Source: Victivallaceae bacterium
Lineage (GTDB): Bacteria; Verrucomicrobiota; Lentisphaeria; Victivallales; Victivallaceae
DNA length: 48,869 bases
NCBI GenBank assembly: GCA_031547585.1
Contig: JAVBRV010000452.1
Coordinates: forward strand, 1 to 48,869
Reading direction: 5' to 3'
Position numbers and translations under genes: made by a program
The notes under the pieces: generated by a model
Told to the model about the DNA's origin: nothing
What the model saw: only the letters and a program-made list of their open reading frames with translations
Databases searched by the model: none
Shown: in pieces, positions 1-9,363 of the stretch
Layout of the letters: each line of letters begins with the position of its first letter
How positions within the stretch are numbered: position 1 is the stretch's first letter

Positions 1-656
1 CTCGTCCCCGCGTACAATTCGCCCCCGACATACAGTGCGCTCCCCACGCTCTTCCCCAGCGAAATCAAAGCAAAATCCGGCTCCCCCGCCGCCGCGCCCC
101 CCAGGTATTCCGCCCGGGCCGACATCCGCGCCCGGTTCTCCACCACCACCGGAACTCCGAGGCGCTCCCGCAGCGTCTCCGCGAGCGGGCGTCCCGCCAG
201 CTCGAAGTGCGCGCTCCGAATTCCTCCGTCCCGCGGCGACACCACGCCCGAAACCGCCACCCCGAAACCGGCAATTCCCTCCAACCCCAGCGCTCCCGCC
301 AAACGTTCCGCCGCCACCAACAACTCCGGGAAGCTCCGTCCTGCCGGCGTCTCCGCCTCCCGGATGATCTCCCCCCGGCCGTCAATCCGCACCCCCCGCG
401 CCCGGGCGCCGGACCCGAGGACAACCCCCGCCGCCTGAAACGCTCCGGGAGCCGTCTCAAGCAGCACCGGCGGCTTCCCCCCCGTCGACTCCCCCACCCC
501 CGTCTCGCGCACCCAGCCCGCCGCCAGCAGCCGCTCCGCCAGCGCCGACGCCGTCGGGCGGCTCACCCCCAGCTCCCGCGCCGCCTCGCTCCGGCTCCGC
601 GCCCGCCCCCGCCAGACCGCTTCGAGAAACATCACCGCTTGCGCATCCAATTCCAT
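1..656 (-). CDS. ROK-family transcriptional regulator (NagC/XylR-like), 3' end runs off the window
   Basis: Manual translation from ATG 656: MELDAQAVMFLEAVWRGRARSRSEAARELGVSRPTASAL (HTH), ...GESTGGKPP..., ...GVPVVVENRA..., ...ISLGKSVGSAL (ROK domain). Absent from the ORF track because there is no stop in the window. Confidence 0.85.
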   Translation of the reverse strand, partial: MELDAQAVMFLEAVWRGRARSRSEAARELGVSRPTASALAERLLAAGWVRETGVGESTGGKPPVLLETAPGAFQAAGVVLGSGARARGVRIDGRGEIIREAETPAGRSFPELLVAAERLAGALGLEGIAGFGVAVSGVVSPRDGGIRSAHFELAGRPLAETLRERLGVPVVVENRARMSARAEYLGGAAAGEPDFALISLGKSVGSALYVGGELYAGT

Positions 657-665
657 AACGACCCC

Positions 666-721
666 ATCTTTGTTAAATATATTACAAAGATCAATATAGA
701 TGATTCTTACCCGAAATGCAA
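666..721 (-). promoter_or_regulatory. ROK gene promoter with palindromic operator
   Basis: Minus strand TTGCAT(721-716)-17bp-TATATT(698-693). Inverted repeat ATCTTTGT-N10-ACAAAGAT at 666-691, just upstream of the ATG. Confidence 0.55.
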
Positions 722-741
722 GCATGAACAACCAAAACAGT

Positions 742-770
742 TTGATTTTTCCGCCGGGGGACTGTACATT
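742..770 (+). promoter_or_regulatory. sigma70-type promoter for the alaS operon
   Basis: TTGATT(742-747)-17bp-TACATT(765-770). Confidence 0.45.
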
Positions 771-811
771 AATGAGTTATTGAAAAAAACAGCATCCCAA
801 GGATTTTCGAA

Positions 812-2587
812 ATGATGACGGCAAAAGAACTGAGACGAAAATTTATCGAATTTTTCAAGAGCAAAGGCCACGCGGAGATCAAAAGCGCCTCGCTGATTCC
901 CGAAAACGACCCGACCTGCCTCTTCACCACCGCCGGGATGCAGCCCCTGGTGCCCTACCTCCTCGGCGAGAAACACCCCTCCGGAACCCGCCTGACCGAC
1001 TGCCAGAAGTGCATCCGCACCGGCGATATCGACGAAGTGGGCGACAACGTTCACCTCACCTTCTTCGAAATGCTCGGCAACTGGTCCCTCGGCGACTACT
1101 TCAAAGAGGACGCGATCCGGTTCAGCTTCGAATTCCTGACCGGCAAAGAGAATCTCAATATTCCGCTCGGCCGCCTGGCCTTCAGCGTCTTCGCCGGCGA
1201 CGGCGACGCCCCCTTCGACCAGACCGCCTTCAACCTCTGGCGCACCCTCGGCGTCGCCGAAGCGCGCATCGCCAAATTGGGCAAAAAGTCCAACTGGTGG
1301 GGCCCCGCCGGCCAGACCGGCCCCTGCGGCCCCGATACCGAAATGTTCTACTGGACGGGCCCCCTCCCCCCGCCCGAATCCTTCGACCCCGACGACAACC
1401 GCTGGGTAGAAATCTGGAACGACGTCTTCATGGAATACAACAAAACCGCCGACGGCAGCTTTGTCCCCCTCGCCAAGAAGAACGTCGACACCGGCATGGG
1501 CCTGGAGCGCGTCACCGCCGTCCTCCAAGGCAAAGCCACCTGCTATGAAACCGAGATCTTCACCCCCCTCTTCGCCGCCATCAACCAGGTTCGCGGCGTC
1601 GAGGGTGTGGATACGAACGACGCCTCGCTCCGCATCGTCGCCGACCACCTCCGCGCGGCGGTCTTCATCCTCGCCGACGGCATCACTCCCGGCAAGGTCG
1701 ACCAGCCCTACGTGCTGCGGCGGCTGATCCGCCGGGCCATCCGCGAAGGCAAGAAGCTCGACATCGAAGTCCCCTTCACCTCGACCGTGGCCCGCGTGAT
1801 CATCGGCGAATTCGCCGACGCCTACCCCGAGCTCACCGAACGCTCCGCGGCGATCCTCGGTGAATTCGACCGCGAAGAGAAGCAGTTCGCCGACACCCTC
1901 GAAAAGGGAACCCGCGAATTCCAGAAGCTGATCGAACGCGTCCCCGCCCACATCGCCCGCAAGGTGATCTCGGGCAAAAACGCCTTCAACCTCTACGAAA
2001 CCTACGGCTTCCCCATCGAGCTCACGGTCGAAATGGCCAAAGAACAGGACTTCGAAGTCGATATGCCGGGGTTCGAGGAAGCCTTCAAAAAGCACCAGGA
2101 GCTGTCGCGCGCCGGAGCCGAACAGAAGTTCAAGGGCGGCCTCGTCGACCACTCCGAAGCCACCGCCCGGCTCCACAGCGCCACTCACCTGTTGCAGGCC
2201 GCCCTGCAGAAGGTCTTGGGCGGGCACGTCGAACAGCGCGGCTCCAACATCACCGCCGACCGGCTCCGCTTCGACTTCTCCCACGAGGAGAAAATGACCC
2301 CCGAAGAGCTGGCCGAGGTGGAAAAACTGGTCAATGAGGCGATCAAGCGCGACCTCCCGATCGCCTGCGCGGAGATGACCGTCGACGAGGCGAAAAACGC
2401 CGGCGCGATGGGACTCTTCGAAAACAAGTACGCCGAACGCGTCAAGGTCTTCAGCATGGGGGATTTCTCCATGGAGATCTGCGGCGGCCCCCATGCCGCG
2501 CGGACCGGGGAACTCGGCGCGTTCAAGATCGTCAAAGAAGAGAGCTCCAGCCGGGGCGTTCGCCGGATCAAAGCCACACTGAGCTGA
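812..2587 (+). CDS. alaS: Alanine--tRNA ligase, compact form without C-Ala domain
   Basis: LFTTAGMQP, HLTFFEMLGNWSLGDYFK, GPCGP, EIWNDVFM, DTGMGLER, YETYGFP; editing motifs HSATH and CGGPH; ends at GVRRIKA (591 aa). Confidence 0.97.
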   Translation: MMTAKELRRKFIEFFKSKGHAEIKSASLIPENDPTCLFTTAGMQPLVPYLLGEKHPSGTRLTDCQKCIRTGDIDEVGDNVHLTFFEMLGNWSLGDYFKEDAIRFSFEFLTGKENLNIPLGRLAFSVFAGDGDAPFDQTAFNLWRTLGVAEARIAKLGKKSNWWGPAGQTGPCGPDTEMFYWTGPLPPPESFDPDDNRWVEIWNDVFMEYNKTADGSFVPLAKKNVDTGMGLERVTAVLQGKATCYETEIFTPLFAAINQVRGVEGVDTNDASLRIVADHLRAAVFILADGITPGKVDQPYVLRRLIRRAIREGKKLDIEVPFTSTVARVIIGEFADAYPELTERSAAILGEFDREEKQFADTLEKGTREFQKLIERVPAHIARKVISGKNAFNLYETYGFPIELTVEMAKEQDFEVDMPGFEEAFKKHQELSRAGAEQKFKGGLVDHSEATARLHSATHLLQAALQKVLGGHVEQRGSNITADRLRFDFSHEEKMTPEELAEVEKLVNEAIKRDLPIACAEMTVDEAKNAGAMGLFENKYAERVKVFSMGDFSMEICGGPHAARTGELGAFKIVKEESSSRGVRRIKATLS

Positions 2588-2606
2588 ATACGAGGAATAT
2601 AAGGCT

Positions 2607-3101
2607 ATGAAGGAAACCGATTTACTGATCTCCTGCCAGAATGGAGTCTATCAAGTGAAAGTGGCCGGACGGGCCAATTTCGAATATGCCGTCCCGTTGC
2701 GGGAGCTGGCGAAAACGCTGGATACGGATTGCAACTTCCGGATCGACCTCCGGGAGTGCGTGGCGATGGACAGCACCTTTATGGGCGTCCTCTCCATGAT
2801 CGGCCTCAAGGCTATGCGTTCCAAGGGGGAAATCCGGCTGCTCAACGCCAGCAGCGTGCTGCAGAAGCTGCTCCGCGACCTCGGGGTCAGCCGCCTCTTC
2901 CTCTTCACCGAAGGGGAACTCAATGAGGGGGATCTGCAAACGGCCGGAGCGAGCGCCACGCTCCTCACCACCGCGGAAACCGTCGCCGAAGCCCACGAAA
3001 CGTTGGTGGAAACCGATTCCAGCAACGCCGCCGCCTTCGATCAGGTGATCGAATTTGCCCGGCAGGACGTGGAGCGCCTCAAGAATAAAGAACAAAAATA
3101 A
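2607..3101 (+). CDS. STAS-domain anti-sigma-factor antagonist
   Basis: IDLRECVAMDSTFMGVL motif with the phosphorylatable Ser; C-terminal EAHETL helix; AGGA-like RBS. Confidence 0.85.
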   Translation: MKETDLLISCQNGVYQVKVAGRANFEYAVPLRELAKTLDTDCNFRIDLRECVAMDSTFMGVLSMIGLKAMRSKGEIRLLNASSVLQKLLRDLGVSRLFLFTEGELNEGDLQTAGASATLLTTAETVAEAHETLVETDSSNAAAFDQVIEFARQDVERLKNKEQK

Positions 3102-3115
3102 CCCCCACCCCCGAC

Positions 3116-3751
3116 CTGAAAAAACTGATCCAGCTACTCATCGTCTCCACCTGCTGTCTACTCCTCCTGCTTGCGGGCTGCGCCGACCCGGCGATCACCA
3201 ATACCGGGCGCAACATCGTCGAACAGATGTTGATCTCCACTGCGGCGGAGCGCTGCGTCGCCCAGATGGATCTCGTCGATTACAAGAATTCCAAAGTTTT
3301 CCCCGACTATGCCGACCTCGCTCCGCAGGTGGATAAAAACTACGTGCAGGGCTATTTCGAACTCCACCTCGCCAAACTCGGCGTCATCATCACCCGCGAC
3401 GAAAAAGAGGCCGATTACACCATGCGGGTGATTGCGGGAACCCTGGCGACGGCCTCGTACAACTTCCTCCTGGGGACGCCTCCCCTCCCGATCCCGATCA
3501 CCGAAACCAGCCTCAACATCGTCATTCCGGAGCTGGCTTTCTTCAAGAAATACTCCCGCCAGGGGTACGGCAAATTCAGCGTCACGGTGCTGGATTCCAA
3601 AACCCATCGGCCTCTCAAAGTCATCGACGGCGTCCAGTCCCACACCCAGGTGGTCAACTGGACGATTCTCTTTGTTCCCTTCACTTCCAGCAACTTCTAT
3701 ATGGTCCCGCCGGAAATGCAAAGCGAAATGAAATTCGACTTCTTCGATTAA
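3116..3751 (+). CDS. Lipoprotein, DUF6655-like; probable non-canonical CTG start
   Basis: In-frame extension upstream of ATG 3227 gives (L)KKLIQLLIVSTCCLLLLLAG-C-ADPAITNTGRNIVEQMLIST, with a lipobox LAGC. In-frame TAA at 3086-3088 and no ATG/GTG/TTG before 3227. Confidence 0.65.
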   Translation: MKKLIQLLIVSTCCLLLLLAGCADPAITNTGRNIVEQMLISTAAERCVAQMDLVDYKNSKVFPDYADLAPQVDKNYVQGYFELHLAKLGVIITRDEKEADYTMRVIAGTLATASYNFLLGTPPLPIPITETSLNIVIPELAFFKKYSRQGYGKFSVTVLDSKTHRPLKVIDGVQSHTQVVNWTILFVPFTSSNFYMVPPEMQSEMKFDFFD

Positions 3752-3763
3752 TAAGGAACTGCC

Positions 3764-5659
3764 ATGTCACTCTCCATCATCCGCGAAATCTCGAACCGGT
3801 ACGGCTCCAACTGCGAATTCGTCCTCGCCGGCGGCGGCAACACCTCCTGCAAGGACGAGCAATTCCTCTACGTCAAACCCAGCGGCGTCAGCCTCGCCGC
3901 CATCACCGAGAACGACTTCGTCAAGATGGAGCGCGCCGCCATCCGCCAGGCCTTCCAGGTCTACGACGCCGCCCCCCCTGCCGAGCGCGAAGCCGCCGTC
4001 GGCCGGATGCTCAATTACGCCGTGGTCAGCACCTCCGGCCGCCGCCCCTCGGTGGAAGCGCCGCTGCATGAATTGATGCCCTTCACCTACGTCGTCCACC
4101 TCCACCCGGCCAAGGTCAACGGCCTCTCCTGCGGGAAAACCGGCGAAGCGGCCTGCCGCCGCCTCTTCCCCGAAGCGCTCTGGGTGGAAGCGACCGACCC
4201 CGGCTTCAACCTGGCGCGGGTGGTCCGCGAAGCCCACGACGCCTACCAGGCGAAGACGGGCAAACCGGCGAAGATGATCTTTCTTCAGAACCACGGCGTC
4301 TTCGTCGGCGGCAACTCCACCGCCGAAATCGACGCCGTCTACGGCGAAATCATGGAGAAGCTGACGAATCTGTACCGGGAAGCGAATGTCTCCATGGAGC
4401 TCGCCAAAGGCGAACCCGACGCCGAAACCGTGCTGAAATACGCGCCGGCCCTCCGCGGCTGGCTCGGCGCGAACGGCCAGACGAAGACCGTCAAGGCCGT
4501 CGCCCCCTTCGCCGCCGCGCGCGGCCCCCTCACCCCCGACCATATCGTTTACGCCAAGAGCTTCGCCTTGATCTCCGAGAATCCGACCCGCGAAGCCATC
4601 GACGCCTTCGAAAAGTCGCACGGCTACAAGCCCCTGGTGGTTGAAGTTCCGGGCAAGGCGGTCTTCTGCGCCGGGAAAAATGCGCCGGGCGCGGCGACGG
4701 TGGCGATGCTGGCGCGCGACGCCGCGCTGGTGCAGCAGCTGGCCGAGGCGCTGGGCGGAGCCGCCTGCCTCGACGACGCGCGCCGCAGCTTTATTGAAAA
4801 CTGGGAAGCCGAATCCTACCGCCAGCAGGTTGCCGGCGGCGGCAGCGCCCGCCTGACCGGCAAAGTGGCCGTGGTCACCGGCGGCGCGCAGGGCTTCGGC
4901 TACGGCATCGCCGAAGAGCTGGCCGCGGCCGGAGCCACGGTGGTGATCGCCGACCTCAACGAAGAGGGCGCCGCGAAGGCCGCCGCCGGCTTGAAAGCGC
5001 CGGGCGGCGCGGGCGCGGTGGCGGTGAACATCGCCGACGAGGATTCGGTCGAGCGGATGGTGACGAAAGTGGTGACCGACTTCGGCGGCATCGACCTCTT
5101 CGTCGCCAACGCCGGGGTCCTGAAGGCGGGTTCCGTCAAGTCCCTCTCGAAGAAGGATTGGGATTTCGTCACCGACATCAATTACACCGGCTACTTCCTC
5201 TGCGTGAAGAAGGTCGCGCCGGTGATGGCGCTGCAGAACGAGGCTTCCGGGAGCTGGACGGATATCGTCCAGGTCAACTCCAAGAGCGGCCTCGCCGGTT
5301 CCAACCGCAACGGCGCCTACGCGGGCAGCAAATTCGGCACCATCGGCCTCACCCAGAGCTTCGCCCTGGAGCTGGTGACCGACCGGATCAAGGTCAACAG
5401 CGTCTGCCCGGGAAACTTCTTCGACGGTCCGTTGTGGTCCGACCCGGTGCGCGGACTTTTCGTCCAGTACCTCGAGAGCGGCAAGGTCCCGGGTGCGAAG
5501 ACGGTCGCCGAGGTCAAGGCGCACTATGAGCGCCAGATCCCGATGCACCGCGGCTGCTACCCCTCCGACGTGGCCAAAGCGATCATCTATGCCTCCGAGC
5601 AGCCGTATGAGACCGGGCAGGCGATTCCGGTCACCGGCGGCCAGGTCATGTTGAACTAG
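3764..5659 (+). CDS. Bifunctional class II aldolase / short-chain dehydrogenase (RhaD-like N-terminus, SrlD-like C-terminus)
   Basis: GGGNTSCK, PSVE, HLH, LQNHG, TPDH in the N-terminal half; TGGAQGFG, NAG, NSKSG, YAGSK, CPGN in the C-terminal half. Confidence 0.85.
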   Translation: MSLSIIREISNRYGSNCEFVLAGGGNTSCKDEQFLYVKPSGVSLAAITENDFVKMERAAIRQAFQVYDAAPPAEREAAVGRMLNYAVVSTSGRRPSVEAPLHELMPFTYVVHLHPAKVNGLSCGKTGEAACRRLFPEALWVEATDPGFNLARVVREAHDAYQAKTGKPAKMIFLQNHGVFVGGNSTAEIDAVYGEIMEKLTNLYREANVSMELAKGEPDAETVLKYAPALRGWLGANGQTKTVKAVAPFAAARGPLTPDHIVYAKSFALISENPTREAIDAFEKSHGYKPLVVEVPGKAVFCAGKNAPGAATVAMLARDAALVQQLAEALGGAACLDDARRSFIENWEAESYRQQVAGGGSARLTGKVAVVTGGAQGFGYGIAEELAAAGATVVIADLNEEGAAKAAAGLKAPGGAGAVAVNIADEDSVERMVTKVVTDFGGIDLFVANAGVLKAGSVKSLSKKDWDFVTDINYTGYFLCVKKVAPVMALQNEASGSWTDIVQVNSKSGLAGSNRNGAYAGSKFGTIGLTQSFALELVTDRIKVNSVCPGNFFDGPLWSDPVRGLFVQYLESGKVPGAKTVAEVKAHYERQIPMHRGCYPSDVAKAIIYASEQPYETGQAIPVTGGQVMLN

Positions 5660-5668
5660 AGGCGTCCC

Positions 5669-6208
5669 ATGCAGCAGGAAATCAGGCGGATTCTGGAAGA
5701 GATCGGCGAAGACCCCGAACGCGAGGGCCTTCGCGATACGCCGCAGCGGGTCGAGAAGAGCTATGCCTTCCTCACCCGCGGCTACCGCCAGACGCTGGCG
5801 GAGGTGGTCAACGGCGCGGTGTTCGAGGCGGAGTCGGATGATATGGTCATCGTCCGCGACATCGAATTCTTCAGCCTCTGCGAGCACCATATGCTGCCCT
5901 TTTTCGGAAAGTGCCACATCGGCTACATTCCGGTGAAAAAGATTCTCGGGGTCAGCAAGATCGCCCGGATCGTCGATATGTTCGCCCGGCGGCTCCAGAT
6001 CCAGGAGCGGCTGACCCGGCAGATTTCGGAGGCGATCATGGAGACGGTCGAGGCCGAGGGCGTCGGCGTGGTGATGGAGGCGCAGCACCTCTGCATGCAG
6101 ATGCGCGGCGTCGAGAAGCAGCACTCGGTGATGACCACCAGTTCGATGATCGGCTCCTTCCGGCGCGAACTGGCCACCCGCAACGAATTTACCCGGCTGA
6201 TCCGATGA
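5669..6208 (+). CDS. folE: GTP cyclohydrolase I
   Basis: [43 protein letters not shown]. Confidence 0.97.
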   Translation: MQQEIRRILEEIGEDPEREGLRDTPQRVEKSYAFLTRGYRQTLAEVVNGAVFEAESDDMVIVRDIEFFSLCEHHMLPFFGKCHIGYIPVKKILGVSKIARIVDMFARRLQIQERLTRQISEAIMETVEAEGVGVVMEAQHLCMQMRGVEKQHSVMTTSSMIGSFRRELATRNEFTRLIR

Positions 6209-6645
6209 GGGCATTGGTGCAGCGGGTGACCGCCGCCGCCGTCACGATCGGCGGCGAGGAGGCGGGCCGGATCGATTCCGGCCTCATGATCCTTCTCGGC
6301 GTCACCCATGCCGATACCCTGAAAGAGGTGGTCTACACCGCCGCCAAGTGCGCGAATCTGCGCAATTTTGAGGATGACCACGGCAAGATGACCCGGTCGC
6401 TGCTCGACATCGGCGGCGCCGCCCTGGTGGTGTCGCAATTCACTTTATACGGCGACGCCTCCGCCGGACGGCGCCCCTCGTTCACCGAGGCGGCGCGCCC
6501 GGAGACGGCGATTCCGCTCTACGAGGCGTTTCTCTCGGAATTGGCGAAGCTGGGCGTCCCGGTCGCTTCCGGGCGCTTCGGGGCCGAGATGCAGGTGGAA
6601 ATCCACAACGACGGCCCCGTCACCCTTCTGGTGGAGTCGCCATGA
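6205..6645 (+). CDS. dtd: D-aminoacyl-tRNA deacylase
   Basis: MRALVQRV start (ATGA overlap with folE stop), SQFTLYG, GRRPSF, NDGPVT. Confidence 0.95.
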   Translation: MRALVQRVTAAAVTIGGEEAGRIDSGLMILLGVTHADTLKEVVYTAAKCANLRNFEDDHGKMTRSLLDIGGAALVVSQFTLYGDASAGRRPSFTEAARPETAIPLYEAFLSELAKLGVPVASGRFGAEMQVEIHNDGPVTLLVESP

Positions 6646-7796
6646 AGCAAGAGGGCGTCGTCATTCTGGGAGCCACCGGCTCGATCGGCCAAAGCGCCGC
6701 CCGGGTGCTGGCGGCGCATCCCGACCGCTTCCGCGTAACCGGGCTGGTCGCCCGGAACAATCTCGATGAACTCTGCCGCCAGGCAAAGCAATTCCGGCCG
6801 CATCTCACCGTCACCACCGACCCCGCCAAAGGGGAAGAATTGCGGCGGCGGCTGCCCGAAGGACTGGCCCATGCCGTCGGAGCCGATCCGGTGCTGGAGC
6901 TGGTGACCTCCCCCTTGACCGACATCGTCCTCTGCGCCATCATCGGCACGGGGGGACTGGAGCCGGTGATCGCCGCGCTGCGGGCCGGCAAACGGGTCGC
7001 CCTCGCCAGCAAAGAGGTGATGGTGATGGCGGGCGAGCTGGTGAACCGCGAACGGGCGGCGAGTCCCGGGGGGATGCTGCTGCCGGTGGATAGCGAACAC
7101 TCGGCGATCTTTCAGTGCCTGGCGGGACGCGCCTCGGGCGAGGTGGAGCACCTCTGGCTGACCGCTTCCGGCGGCCCCTTCCGCGACTGGTCCGCCGAAC
7201 GGATCGCCCGGGCGACGCCGCAAGAGGCGCTGGCGCATCCGGTCTGGAACATGGGTCCCAAGATCTCCATCGACTCGGCTTCCTTGATGAACAAGGCGCT
7301 GGAGGTGGTGGAGGCGCGCTATCTCTTTGAAGTGGAACCGAAGCAGCTGAAGGTGGTGCAGCATCCGCAATCCATCGTCCACTCGCTGATCGAACTGCGG
7401 GACGGCTCCTTCCTTGCCCAACTCTCGAAGCCCGACATGCGCTTCGCGATTCAATACGCGCTCGGCTGGCCGGAGCGGTTGGAGGGCGGGGAACTCCCCC
7501 GGATGGATTTCAGCGAACTCCTGCGCCTCGATTTCGGTCCGGTGGATCGAAACCGCTTCCCGGCGCTCGATTTCGCCGACGAAGCCATGCGCCGGGGCGG
7601 AACCATGCCCGCGGTGATGAACGCGGCCAACGAAGTGGCGGTGGAGAAATTCCGCCGGGGGGAGATTCCCTTCGCCGATATCTGGAAGATCATCGAAAGG
7701 GTCATGGCGAAGCATCGGGTTCAGCCGCAGAGCGACCTCGAGACCATCCGCGCCGCCGACCGCGAAGCCCGCGAGCGGGCGATCAGCGATCGTTGA
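6642..7796 (+). CDS. dxr: 1-deoxy-D-xylulose-5-phosphate reductoisomerase
   Basis: [52 protein letters not shown]. Confidence 0.97.
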   Translation: MKQEGVVILGATGSIGQSAARVLAAHPDRFRVTGLVARNNLDELCRQAKQFRPHLTVTTDPAKGEELRRRLPEGLAHAVGADPVLELVTSPLTDIVLCAIIGTGGLEPVIAALRAGKRVALASKEVMVMAGELVNRERAASPGGMLLPVDSEHSAIFQCLAGRASGEVEHLWLTASGGPFRDWSAERIARATPQEALAHPVWNMGPKISIDSASLMNKALEVVEARYLFEVEPKQLKVVQHPQSIVHSLIELRDGSFLAQLSKPDMRFAIQYALGWPERLEGGELPRMDFSELLRLDFGPVDRNRFPALDFADEAMRRGGTMPAVMNAANEVAVEKFRRGEIPFADIWKIIERVMAKHRVQPQSDLETIRAADREARERAISDR

Positions 7797-7798
7797 AT

Positions 7799-7984
7799 GG
7801 TAGGGCTGTCTGTCCTCAGACAGCCGTTCACGTCGTATGGTCTTTCGGGTGAAACTGCGCCCTCCGCCTATTCAGAAGAGAGAAGACCCCAGCGCCGTTT
7901 TATCACAATTGCATACCGGGTATAATCTGCGAGGGGAACGGGTGCCTGGGGACAGGCAGCCCTACCCGATAACGCTTCGCCAAA
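7799..7984. repeat. GTAG-type REP doublet (REPIN-like), copy 1
   Basis: GTAG-GGCTGTCTG-TCCT-CAGACAGCC at 7800, inverted partner ending CTAC at 7965; homologous to 45588-45774; lies between convergent genes. Confidence 0.8.
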
Positions 7985-8010
7985 CAGTAATGTGTGCGAA
8001 TTCGCGGCGA

Positions 8011-9363
8011 TCAACGGCTGATTTCGATGGTGAAGGGGGCCGGGGTGGCCGCCTGCCAGAGCGCCTGCTGCAATTCAATCCGCCGCGCCTTCAATTCCGC
8101 CTCTTTCGAACGGTTCTCCTTGTAGGTCTTGACCACGCTGCGATAGTAGTTGATATTCGAACTCTTCTGATCCCTTTCCAGCCAGCGGTCGAGGGCGGCG
8201 TAAGCGCTCTCCTCGTCCTCCGGATTGCCCTTATTGGAGGTGACGATCCGGTTGCACTGGATGATGTTGCGGAGCTTGCCGTCGACGCCGCGCAGCCCTT
8301 CGACCACCACCGCCGCGGCGACGGCGCGCTGCTGCGACGGGGTCGCCAGCAAAGCGAGGTTGACACCGGCGGCCAGCTGCTCGGCGGAGAAGGTTCCCAG
8401 CTCCTTGCCGTCGGCCCGGAGCCGGTACTGGCCGGGAGCAAGCCCCGTCGCCGTCAGCATCTCGCGGTTCAGGGTTTCGGTGAAGGGGTAGATGGCGTCG
8501 AGCGCCTTGTATTCGGCACTCTGCGAGGGGTACGGCAACGCCTTGGGGGCGTAGCTGAAGGAGATCCGTTCGGCCGCCGCCTCCACCTGCGTAAGGGCGG
8601 CGTTCTCCGCCTGGTAGCGCCCCGAGGCATCCACCAGGAGGGAGGCCACGAGCGGCGTCTCCCCGGCGGTCCGGAGGAGGATCGCCGTCATCAGGAGGTG
8701 CCCTTCCGGGCCCGGATGAACCCGGTCCTGCCCGGCGAGATGCCGCTCGGGATACTTCTGCAGGAGTTCGGTCATCGGGGTGTAAAAATCGACCAGCCCC
8801 AGCTCCTTTTCCCCGGCCAGTTCGCGCACGATGGCGGCGCAGGCGGCGAGCCCGGGGTCGTTGCAGAGGGCGAGATTCGCCGCCTTGCAGTCGCCGTACT
8901 GGTCGTAGGGCGACGGGGTAATCAGCACCGGGCGCTTGCCGGCGGCGAGAATTTTTTCGGCCAGCTCCCGCATATTCTTCCGGTAATTATCGAGCGACGC
9001 CTGCCGTTTTTTGGCGACCGCCTCATCGGGAGCGGCGTCGCGGTAGTTGCTCCGGCCGACGTCGTTCATGCCGAACATGATGAAAATGCGGTCGGGATTC
9101 CGCGCGAGGATGTCGTAATCGAGGCGCTTCAGGCCGCCCCCGGCGACGTCGCCGGAGATGCCGCCGTTCTCGATCGTCACCCGGCTGCCGGGGTGGCGGA
9201 GCGCCTGAAAAAGATCGACCGAATAGAGAAAACGGCCGCCATGGGTGATGCTGTCCCCAAGAAACATCGTCCGTTCGCCGTCCCGGAAGGGGGCGACCTG
9301 TTCCTGAGCGAAGACCGCGAAGGCGGCGAACAGCACGAAAACCAGCGTCAGCAGACGTTTCAT
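8011..9363 (-). CDS. Secreted SGNH/GDSL hydrolase
   Basis: Signal peptide; FLGDSIT, NGGISGD, FGMND, DRVHP. Confidence 0.9.
   Translation of the reverse strand: MKRLLTLVFVLFAAFAVFAQEQVAPFRDGERTMFLGDSITHGGRFLYSVDLFQALRHPGSRVTIENGGISGDVAGGGLKRLDYDILARNPDRIFIMFGMNDVGRSNYRDAAPDEAVAKKRQASLDNYRKNMRELAEKILAAGKRPVLITPSPYDQYGDCKAANLALCNDPGLAACAAIVRELAGEKELGLVDFYTPMTELLQKYPERHLAGQDRVHPGPEGHLLMTAILLRTAGETPLVASLLVDASGRYQAENAALTQVEAAAERISFSYAPKALPYPSQSAEYKALDAIYPFTETLNREMLTATGLAPGQYRLRADGKELGTFSAEQLAAGVNLALLATPSQQRAVAAAVVVEGLRGVDGKLRNIIQCNRIVTSNKGNPEDEESAYAALDRWLERDQKSSNINYYRSVVKTYKENRSKEAELKARRIELQQALWQAATPAPFTIEISR

Noticed and set aside
5911-6204. N-terminal extension of the dtd ORF
   Set aside because: It overlaps folE. 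The canonical MRALVQRV start is at 6205.
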